A stretch of DNA of 64,000 nt, taken from the NCBI GenBank assembly GCA_009377445.1, contig WHUA01000004.1, forward strand, positions 215,630-279,629. The letters run 5' to 3'. Under the pieces are notes generated by a model that saw only the letters and a program-made list of their open reading frames with translations, searched no databases and was not told the origin of the DNA. Both the position numbers and the translations under genes were made by a program. This document shows, piece after piece, positions 48,635 to 56,228 of the stretch. This stretch comes from Alphaproteobacteria bacterium (GTDB taxonomy: Bacteria; Pseudomonadota; Alphaproteobacteria; UBA8366). How positions within the stretch are numbered: the stretch's first letter is position 1; the number at the start of each line of letters is the position of its first letter.

Positions 48635-50050
48635 ATGGCGAACTCCGACGTGTTGGATATGAGCTTGGCAGATGTTGGGGACGCAATCCGGCGGCGTATC
48701 ATTTCTTCCGAGGAAGTCACGCAGGCCTGTATCGAGCGGGCCCAGGCTACGCAATCAACGGTAAACGCGTTCATTTCGTTGGAAGCCGATGAGGCGCTCG
48801 CAACAGCCCGCGCATTGGATGCCGAGTTGAAGCAGGGGAAGATCAGGGGGCCGCTTCACGGCGTGCCACTGGCGCATAAGGACATGTTCTATCGAAAGGG
48901 ACGTGTCGTCACCTGCGGCTCTACAATCCGGCGGGATTTCGTCCCGGATATAACGGCGACCGTTATCGCACGTCTGGAGGAGGCCGGCGCTGTCTATCTC
49001 GGCGGACTCAATATGTCGGAGTTTGCGGGCGGACCCACCGGTCACAACGAGCATTTCGGAGATTGCTGCAATCCCTGGAATCCTCAACATGTCAGCGGTG
49101 GATCTTCCAGCGGTTCGGCAGCGGCCGTGGCCGCCCGCGCAGCGTATGGTGCGCTCGGATCCGATACCGGTGGCTCCATCCGAATACCTGCCGCATGCTG
49201 CGGGGTCGTAGGCCTAAAACCCACCTACGGCCTCATCAGCCGACACGGCGCGATGCCCCGCTCCTGGTCGCTCGATCACATGGGGCCGCTTACGCGCACG
49301 GTGCGCGACTGCGCTCTCATGACCCAGGTCGTCGCCGGCGCCGATCCAACAGACGCGACGACAAATCCCCTGCCCGTGCCCAATTACGAAGCGGCGCTCA
49401 CTCGTGAGGTAAAAGGACTGCGCATAGGCACGCCGGTGAATTACTTCTTCGACGATTGTGAAGGCGAGGCGCGCGCCATATTCGATCAAGCCCTTGAGAT
49501 GCTAGCGGCGCTGGGCGCGAAAGTCGTGAAACTCGAGTTCCCCGCGCCGGTCACCATGGCGCGCATGAACGACACAATTTCGAAGGCGGAGGCCGCGACC
49601 ATACACCGAAAATGGATGGCTGCGCGGCCGGACGACTATGGCCACCATGTCTTCGCCCGTGTCGAAGCGGGCTTCCACATTCCCGCAACCCAGTACATCG
49701 AGGCACTCGCAATGCGAGGCCGATATACTGAGCAGGTATGTAAAGATGTGTTCGGAAATTGCGATGCTTTCCTGGCGCCTGTATTGCCGTTTCCGGCCCC
49801 GCTACGCACGGAGACTGCGTTCGGAAACGCCTCCGACGTGCCGCAACTAATTGCCCGCATGACATACCGGACGCGCCCATTCTGTTATCTTGGCTTGCCG
49901 GCTCTAAGTATCCCTGTTGGATTCACCGCTTCGGGTCTCCCGCTCGGGATGCAACTCGTTGGCCGCCCATTCGACGAGGCGACCCTGTTTGCAATAGGCC
50001 ATGCCTACCAGTCAGAAACAGATTGGCACAAAGTTGGTCCGTCTATTTGA
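48635..50050 (+). CDS. amidase (amidase-signature family), copy 3
   Basis: 471 aa. LHGVPLAHKD, GGSSSGSAAAVA, GSDTGGSIRIPAACCGVVGLKPT. Confidence 0.85.
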   Translation: MANSDVLDMSLADVGDAIRRRIISSEEVTQACIERAQATQSTVNAFISLEADEALATARALDAELKQGKIRGPLHGVPLAHKDMFYRKGRVVTCGSTIRRDFVPDITATVIARLEEAGAVYLGGLNMSEFAGGPTGHNEHFGDCCNPWNPQHVSGGSSSGSAAAVAARAAYGALGSDTGGSIRIPAACCGVVGLKPTYGLISRHGAMPRSWSLDHMGPLTRTVRDCALMTQVVAGADPTDATTNPLPVPNYEAALTREVKGLRIGTPVNYFFDDCEGEARAIFDQALEMLAALGAKVVKLEFPAPVTMARMNDTISKAEAATIHRKWMAARPDDYGHHVFARVEAGFHIPATQYIEALAMRGRYTEQVCKDVFGNCDAFLAPVLPFPAPLRTETAFGNASDVPQLIARMTYRTRPFCYLGLPALSIPVGFTASGLPLGMQLVGRPFDEATLFAIGHAYQSETDWHKVGPSI

Positions 50051-50093
50051 ATACTTTCGAGTGACCAGTCCCGGATACTCATGATCACAAGGC

Positions 50094-50309
50094 ATGTGCG
50101 GCGCGAAATCATCGGGTGAACCGATTGGACTCTGGGCGCGGCGCTGGATCGCTGACATGCGCAATTTCTCGGCGATGAACGAAGTCTGGGACGCCTGGAT
50201 CAATCCGGCCAACCCGCCGGTGCGCGCCGGTCCGTGCAACGCGCGTATCGCCCCCGACTTGATCGGGCTACCAGCCATCCGAATCAGCCCCTACTGTCTC
50301 GATGTTTAA
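50094..50309 (+). pseudogene. RidA/YjgF-family protein, C-terminal fragment
   Basis: ...IADMRNFSAMNEVWDAWINPANPPVRAG... matches the RidA C-terminal 'dm.dFaamNevy..f....PaR' pattern. No N-terminal half is present. Confidence 0.45.
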
Positions 50310-50644
50310 CTAGTCGTCCGTTAATAAGCCGGAATTTGCGCGGATTGGATAGCGAAGGGCGCTGATAGCGCGGCGTAGATTAGGCGCAAGAGCGCCCTCA
50401 GCCAGGCGAGGACGAGGCGGAAGTTGTATCCTCGCCTTTATCCAACAGCAAACGACCGCCGTCCCGGGCGGGGACGACGGTACGTTCTTGATGGTTGCGG
50501 GGGCGCGAAACCACCGAGAGCCATACTCGCTTCTCGTGTCGGTATGAGCCAGCGTTCCTGGACCGCTGCTTAATATGCTACCCTCCGGCGCTCCCAAGGC
50601 GCTGCCACCTTAGGTCCTCAGCGGCAATCGGTACACTCTCGGAA

Positions 50645-50833
50645 TTACCGGGGCCTCTGGCGTGAGGCGGCGGTGTCGTGCACGAGATGGCCGTGATCTG
50701 CGCGCGTGTTGAGGACTGTCAGCCGCCGGCGGCGGCGGTGACCGGGCGACTCGATCAGCACGGCGTTGCGATTCTTGGCGATGTCGACTGCTACCAACCC
50801 GGCATCGGCAGGCGTAGGCTCTCTTCTGGTCAT
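50645..50833 (-). mobile_element. IS110-family transposase, N-terminal ~50 codons only
   Basis: MTRREPTPADAGLVAVDIAKNRNAVLIESPGHRRRRRLTVLNTRADHGHLV resembles the IS110 N-terminus (vGiDvaK....v.....f.N...G). GGAGA SD. The rest of the gene is absent. Confidence 0.5.
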
Positions 50834-50893
50834 CGCCGGTCTGTCTCCATGGTGAGGCTTCGACACCGTCACAGTTAGAGACCTCTCGATTTT

Positions 50894-51068
50894 GTGGTCA
50901 TTGGAACTCCCATGCATAACTTCACCGTACCCTCTGCGCTGAAGGCGTGGATAGATCACATCGTTCGAGTTCGTCGGACGTTCAATGTAACCGCGGAAGG
51001 GAAGGTAGGCACGCTTCGCGACCGTCCAGTCTTTGTCGCCGTATCCTCAGGCGGAAGATATTCCGGGG
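50894..51068 (+). pseudogene. FMN-dependent NADH-azoreductase (AzoR) internal fragment
   Basis: VIGTPMHNFTVPSALKAWIDHIVRVRRTFNVTAEGKVGTLRDRPVFVAVSSGGRYSGE is the AzoR core. It abuts the IS110 end on the left and an unrelated gene on the right. Confidence 0.6.
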
Positions 51069-52361
51069 AGTGTCAACGGCGGAGCAATTCCAGGCCAGCG
51101 CGGCGGAGTAAAAGCAGGCCACTGGCGTGCACTCGCCAACTTTGGCGGCGGGTACCTTGTCTTCGGCATCAATGACGATACGACATCCGCCGGCTCATGC
51201 CCGGCAACCGCAGCAGGATCCTACGACCAGGATACGCTGTCTGGCATCATCAAGCGCTACCTGACGCCTACGTTTCAGGTGGCGGTCTACGAGGTAAACT
51301 CGGCCGCCACAGGGGTAACGCATCCCGTGGTCTGGGTCCCGTCCCACGAGGCGGTGCCCGTATGCAGCACTCGCGACGGGCCGCATAGCGGTGGTAAACC
51401 GGTCGGTATCGTACAGGGAACCTACTACACCCGCGCACCCGGCCCCGAATCCGTGTCAGTTGCCACGCCAGAGCTCTGGGCGCCGATCATCCGGCGGTGC
51501 GTCTTACATGAACGCCATGCCCTGCTTGCTGGCCTTGAACCGCTACTACGATCTCCCGGCCGCCCCGTCACCGAACCGGACGCACCGCTTCGGCTTTGGC
51601 ACGACGCTGCGCACTCGCGCTTTCTTCAACTCGCGGATGTCGATCCGCTTGCCGACCAACTTAAACGCGCCCACTACCAATTTACCTATCAGATCAATGT
51701 CGCCGACGGGTACCAGCTCGACATGGCGAGACTCCTGGACGAACTGAGGCGCATGGGCCACGAGGTGCAAGACCTCGTTGATCCGGGTTGGACGATGTTC
51801 TGGATCTTCGATGTACAGGAACTTGCGCCGCGCTCTGCCGGAGACGCCGCTCTCGGTGACGCCGAGTTTCTGGAATGCAGTCTGATCAAACCGCATATCG
51901 TCGAAATGACATTGCCGGACTTCTGGCGGGTTGCGCCCACCGGTATGGCTACGATTATCCGTCCGTATCGCGAAGACCGACGCAATACCGGTCCCGACCA
52001 TAAGCCAGGTACATGGCTGTGGCCTCATGTCATGGCCCGCGAGATTGTCGAGGTGATCCGGCATGCCCGCGCCTTTGCCGAACGGTTCGAGGCACCCGAG
52101 AGCGTGTCCTTGCGTGCCGAGTGGCTTGGTCTACAGGGCAGGACACTTAAGGATCCGGACAATCCGCTCTTCAGGTGGCAAGGCCGGCTCGCTCAAAGCG
52201 ACAGTCGCGTCGTCACCCGGACGGTACCCATCGCCGACCTGACCACCCGTTGGGCAGACGTAACGGCGGACATGCTTTCTGCGGTTACACGCATGTTCGA
52301 CGCGGTACTTTCCATATCGCCCCAGGAAGTCCTTGTCTGGTCGAAGAGATTTCGCAGGTGA
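51069..52361 (+). CDS. AlbA_2/Schlafen-like domain protein with unknown ~280-aa C-terminal domain (5' end apparently truncated)
   Basis: ORF 51033..52361. ...WRALANFGGGYLVFGINDD...GIVQGTYYTRAPGPESV matches the AlbA_2 core (AfaNt.GG.l.iGv.d; yiR.gs). The first ~25 aa of the domain are missing at the AzoR junction. Confidence 0.5.
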   Translation, partial: SVNGGAIPGQRGGVKAGHWRALANFGGGYLVFGINDDTTSAGSCPATAAGSYDQDTLSGIIKRYLTPTFQVAVYEVNSAATGVTHPVVWVPSHEAVPVCSTRDGPHSGGKPVGIVQGTYYTRAPGPESVSVATPELWAPIIRRCVLHERHALLAGLEPLLRSPGRPVTEPDAPLRLWHDAAHSRFLQLADVDPLADQLKRAHYQFTYQINVADGYQLDMARLLDELRRMGHEVQDLVDPGWTMFWIFDVQELAPRSAGDAALGDAEFLECSLIKPHIVEMTLPDFWRVAPTGMATIIRPYREDRRNTGPDHKPGTWLWPHVMAREIVEVIRHARAFAERFEAPESVSLRAEWLGLQGRTLKDPDNPLFRWQGRLAQSDSRVVTRTVPIADLTTRWADVTADMLSAVTRMFDAVLSISPQEVLVWSKRFRR

Positions 52362-52363
52362 CG

Positions 52364-52969
52364 ATGGGCACGGCATTTCATACTGCGGACTGGCATGTCT
52401 ACGCCGCCCTTGGCGCCGTGCTCGTGCTGGGCCTCGCACGGATGCTCCGAAGGCTGTGGCGTACCTCGGGCGACTATATGTTCGCCAACGAGTTTCGCGA
52501 CAATTTCATCTCCTACTGTAATAGCCAGGGCGAGTATCACGCCCGCTTTGACTGGCTGATGCGGCATTCCAACCGTATGCAGACGGACATGGGTACGTAC
52601 GGCATCTACGGCTCGTACAAACCGCCGTTTGCCAACTACGCTTATACGAACTATCCGATCATCCTCAACATGCTGCCGGAGCTCCGAAGCTACATCGAGC
52701 GAGAATTCGGCGGCACGCTTCACGGTGAGACTATCGCCGGCTTCATGCGCGCTATCGATGAGGCAAACCGACCGCCGGCTGACCCCACCACCTCGCCTCG
52801 CTTGCCCCCGTGGGCCCACAGGACCCTCCCACGCGCGCCGCCGCGTCAGCCCATCGAGAGACACGCCGCGGCGCGCGCGGGTCCCTCCCGTGGACTACGG
52901 GGACAAGCCTCAAGCACCGAGTGGCCCAATCTTATGCCGCCACATGGCCCCTTTTTGCTCCGCCGTTGA
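52364..52969 (+). CDS. small membrane protein, hypothetical (C-terminal limit uncertain)
   Basis: ATG 52364, 2 nt after the previous stop. MGTAFHTADWHVYAALGAVLVLGLARMLRRLW (1 TM) then ...FANEFRDNFISYCNSQGEYHARFDWLMRHSNRMQ. After ~aa 135 the frame becomes P/R-rich, probably non-native. Confidence 0.4.
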   Translation: MGTAFHTADWHVYAALGAVLVLGLARMLRRLWRTSGDYMFANEFRDNFISYCNSQGEYHARFDWLMRHSNRMQTDMGTYGIYGSYKPPFANYAYTNYPIILNMLPELRSYIEREFGGTLHGETIAGFMRAIDEANRPPADPTTSPRLPPWAHRTLPRAPPRQPIERHAAARAGPSRGLRGQASSTEWPNLMPPHGPFLLRR

Positions 52970-53693
52970 CATCCGCCGCGCGCAATCGGAGGGGCTCAAG
53001 GTCTTCGCCGAGACCTGTCCGCAGTATCTCTTCCTGACCGCCGAGGATCTCGACCGTGACGGCGCCGAAGGGGCAAAGTTCTGCTGTAGCCCGCCGCCGC
53101 GCGACAAGGCGGCGCAGGAGGCGGTCTGGTGCGGTCTCGCCAACGGCACCTTCCAGGTCTTTTCGTCCGATCACGCGCCCTACCGCTTCGACGAGACGGG
53201 CAAGCTGCGGGCCGGCCCGAACCCGTCCTTCAAGCAGGTCGCGAACGGCGTGCCGGGCATCGAGCTGCGGCTGCCGCTGCTGTTCTCAGAAGGGGTCGGC
53301 AAGGGCCGCATCGACATTCACCAGTTCGTCGCCTTGACCGCGACCAACGTCGCCAAGCTCTATGGCGTGCATCCGCGCAAGGGGACGATCGCGGTCGGCG
53401 CCGACGCCGACCTCGCGTTGTGGGACCCGGACGCCGAGCGGACGATCACGTGGACCGACCTGCACGACAACGCCGGCTACACGCCCTACGAGGGCATGAC
53501 CCTGAAAGGCTGGCCGGCGATAGTGCTGAGCCGGGGCCGCGTCGCGGTAGAGGACGGCGAGCTCTGCGTCGAGCGGGGCTCGGGCCACTTTCTCGTGCGC
53601 GAGAAGTCGCGCGCTGCAGCGCCGCTCAACCGGCTCGCGCCGGAAATGGATCCGTCGCGCAACTTCGGCGCCCACGTTCTGCCCGACACATGA
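52929..53693 (+). pseudogene. D-hydantoinase/dihydropyrimidinase, C-terminal ~250 codons
   Basis: ...GLKVFAETCPQYLFLT...FCCSPPPRD...FSSDHAPY...GVPGIELRLPLL...GADADLALWDP... are the C-terminal motifs. The metal-binding N-terminal half is absent. Confidence 0.7.
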
Positions 53694-53933
53694 ACTAAGA
53701 AATGACGATGAATTGCCGAGGGATGGAAGTATGGGGTCTACATACGGGGCGAGTACGTCCAGTACTGGAGCTAAACTGGTCGGACCGCGTTCTCAAAAAA
53801 ATCCTTCGTCAAAAGTCATTCGTAGACCCGCATAACTCAGGCCGTTCCTCGTGCAGTTTTCCGTTCTACAGAATCAAGACCAGCGCGACCACAACAGCGT
53901 CAATCTTGAAGAGCCTGGAGGCCCTACGTCGGA

Positions 53934-54488
53934 CTATGCCGCGGAGTAACCTGAGCGGTCTCCCTCGCAGAAGGCTGCGACAGTCCGCTCGAACTCCGAG
54001 GCCAGAGGTCCCGGGAAGGCTGCGGCATAGAAGGCGGACAATTCCTGGTAGTACCAGAACGTACCCCCCTTTCCACCCGTGAAGCGCCCCCACAGCTCGT
54101 CGCCGATATGACGGTAGTCGTGCAGAATGGCCCTCGCATTGTGGGTCTTGTCCGCCAGAGAGACGAGGAGTGATGCGGCGTCCTTCTCCGGCAGCCTGGC
54201 GATGTAGGCCTCCTTGCGTGGACGCCATTCCGGCTTCGGCTCCTCCCAGGCATCCGTGCAGTCGGCCACGATCATGGCGACGGTCTCGCCGAACCGGCGC
54301 CGGATCTCGTCGAGCGTCTCCTGCCCACCCTGGTCTTCCGCCGCGTCGTGAAGTAGACTGGCGATCGCCTGGTCCTCATTGCCGCCGTGCTCGAGGACCA
54401 GCGCGGCGACCGAGAGTAGGTGGGAGATGTACGGGATATCCGTGCCCTTCCGGCGTTGCTCACGGTGGAGGCGGCTCGCGTATCGCAT
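53934..54488 (-). CDS. HD-domain protein (SpoT/RelA-type hydrolase-like), possibly 5'-clipped
   Basis: 184 aa. MRYASRLHREQRRKGTDIPYISHLLSVA...LLHDAAED (HD motif). An IS-end-like repeat begins within ~25 nt upstream of the ATG. Confidence 0.75.
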   Translation of the reverse strand: MRYASRLHREQRRKGTDIPYISHLLSVAALVLEHGGNEDQAIASLLHDAAEDQGGQETLDEIRRRFGETVAMIVADCTDAWEEPKPEWRPRKEAYIARLPEKDAASLLVSLADKTHNARAILHDYRHIGDELWGRFTGGKGGTFWYYQELSAFYAAAFPGPLASEFERTVAAFCEGDRSGYSAA

Positions 54489-54509
54489 CTAATACGCTAC
54501 TGTATTCTA

Positions 54510-54620
54510 TCTTACTCCATAGTACTCTCCCTCACTCCCACTCTATTGTTCCGGCCCAGGGTAATGCATTGATCTAGAGAGGAATTTTCTCCGGCACACA
54601 GATCAAGACCGACTCCCCGG
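54510..54620. repeat. solo copy of an IS630-like terminal/subterminal sequence
   Basis: catagtactctccctcactcccactctattgttcc...gaattttctccgg aligns with 60430-60545 (cacagcactaccccttcactcccactcgatcgtttc...gaaatttctccgc), which adjoins an IS630 transposase 3' end. Confidence 0.35.
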
Positions 54621-54875
54621 GTCCGTCAAAAATCTGCGCTTTTGATTTCCAAAGGAATTTTCGGGAGTTTGGAATCCGGTCGAATTCAGCGACTATCGGC
54701 ATCGATCGGTCCATTCGAGCAGCTCGCAGCGAGAACCATCCCTATTGAGCACAGCGAGAAATACCGTCAGCCACAGCGCGCACAGGCGAAACAAAGCCTC
54801 AGCGCAGCGTTGGTGTACCATTCCGATCGTGGTGTCGCTCAGCTTTGATCCTGACTGTCCCCGGTGTCTACTTCA

Positions 54876-55643
54876 CTACACGGTCTGACCGCCATCGATG
54901 ACCATGGCGTGACCGACGACGAAGGCGGCCGCGTCCGAGCATAGCCAGACGACGGCCGCGGCGATCTCCTCGGGCTTACCCATCCGGCCGACCGGCTCCT
55001 GCGCGATCACCCGCTCGCGACCGTCTGGGGTGCCTCCGCTAAAGCGGTCCATCATCGGTGTGTCAATGATGCCGGGGCACACGACGTTCACGCGGATATT
55101 CGACTTCGCGTAGTCGAGGGCCGCCGCCTTGGAGAGACCGATGATGCCGAATTTCGCGGCGCAGTACGCGGCCTGACCCGCGATGCCTTTGACTCCGGCG
55201 CCCGACGAGGTGTTCACGATCACGCCGCCCCCTTGCTTGAGCAGCAACGGAATCTCGTACTTCATGCACAGGAAGACGCCGCGCAGGTCGATGTCGATGA
55301 TCCGCCCCCACTCCTCCTCCGTGATATCGGCCGCCGGCATGATCGGCTGTTCGACACCGGCGTTGTTGAAGGCGAAGTCGAGGCCCCCGAACGTCTCGAC
55401 CGTCTTGTCCAGCGCGGCTTTCACGTCCTCGGCGCGCGTCACGTCGCACCGGACGGCGAGCGCCCGCCCGCCAGCCTGCTCGATGAGGCGGGCCGTTTCC
55501 CGGATGCCCTGTTCGGAGACGTCGGCCACCGCCACGCCGGCCCCGTCGCGAGCGAACGCCAGTGCCGCGGCGCGCCCGATGCCGTTCGCTGCCCCGGTCA
55601 CAAAAGCGACCTTTCCCGCAAAGCTCCCCTTCTTGCTTGGCAT
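54876..55643 (-). CDS. SDR family oxidoreductase (glucose 1-dehydrogenase-like)
   Basis: 255 aa. [31 protein letters not shown]. Confidence 0.9.
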   Translation of the reverse strand: MPSKKGSFAGKVAFVTGAANGIGRAAALAFARDGAGVAVADVSEQGIRETARLIEQAGGRALAVRCDVTRAEDVKAALDKTVETFGGLDFAFNNAGVEQPIMPAADITEEEWGRIIDIDLRGVFLCMKYEIPLLLKQGGGVIVNTSSGAGVKGIAGQAAYCAAKFGIIGLSKAAALDYAKSNIRVNVVCPGIIDTPMMDRFSGGTPDGRERVIAQEPVGRMGKPEEIAAAVVWLCSDAAAFVVGHAMVIDGGQTV

Positions 55644-55715
55644 TACTTTCTCCTATTCAGCTCGTTCGCCTGGACCGTTCCGGGCATTTCTGATCTCGAA
55701 TGGTGAGGGGCGCTG

Positions 55716-56195
55716 CTATGGGAGATGCTCGATGTGAAGGTCGAATTTCCCGCGCATCAGCAGTGGGGCGATGTCACCGTCGATCCGGCCCAGGCGGATC
55801 AGTCCGCTGGAGTAGCGGTAGCTCCCGTAGAAGAAAGCTAGGTTTCCCCACGGCGCGTAGTAAGCGAGGTCGCCCGGCGCCTCGTTGTCGAAGGGGCCGC
55901 TGCCTTCTTCGGTCAGCTTGCGCGGCAGGTAAGCGATTTTCTCATTGGTAGAATAATCGTCGATGGTGAAATCGAGCGGCAGCATGGAAGCAAAATCGCG
56001 CGCCAAGGGATTGTCGTAGAGCGTAGCGGTCATGCTCGCCCCATTGAACTCGATACGTATCTTCATACCCGTTTCGTCCTGATTGGGCGCGGCGTGCTGC
56101 GGCGTCTGCCCGAATGCGAGTTGCGTCATGAGCGCGCTGACGACCATCGCCCCGAGAGCCACTCGGCGGCTTGGTGTGGTACCTTGAGATTTCAT
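55716..56195 (-). CDS. secreted cyclophilin-like fold protein
   Basis: 159 aa. Signal peptide. ...MTATLYDNPLARDFASMLPLDFTIDDYSTNEKIAYLP...GDLAYYAPWGNLAFFY, the pattern of the 'cyclophilin-like' family. Confidence 0.6.
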   Translation of the reverse strand: MKSQGTTPSRRVALGAMVVSALMTQLAFGQTPQHAAPNQDETGMKIRIEFNGASMTATLYDNPLARDFASMLPLDFTIDDYSTNEKIAYLPRKLTEEGSGPFDNEAPGDLAYYAPWGNLAFFYGSYRYSSGLIRLGRIDGDIAPLLMRGKFDLHIEHLP

Positions 56196-56228
56196 GTCAC
56201 GATACTCGACCGACGCGCATCGTTTCGC

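Noticed and set aside
50500-50560. Possible group II intron domain V (gagccatac...ggtatgagcc)
   Set aside because: Only a 5-6-bp stem with a ~13-nt loop can form. There is no 14-bp bulged helix with a GNRA tetraloop, no AGC triad context and no RT/maturase ORF nearby.
54795-54848. IS3-family transposase scrap (..LVYHSDRGVAQL*)
   Set aside because: The only evidence is an ~8-aa resemblance to the HSDRGSQY integrase motif. That is too short to support a feature call.
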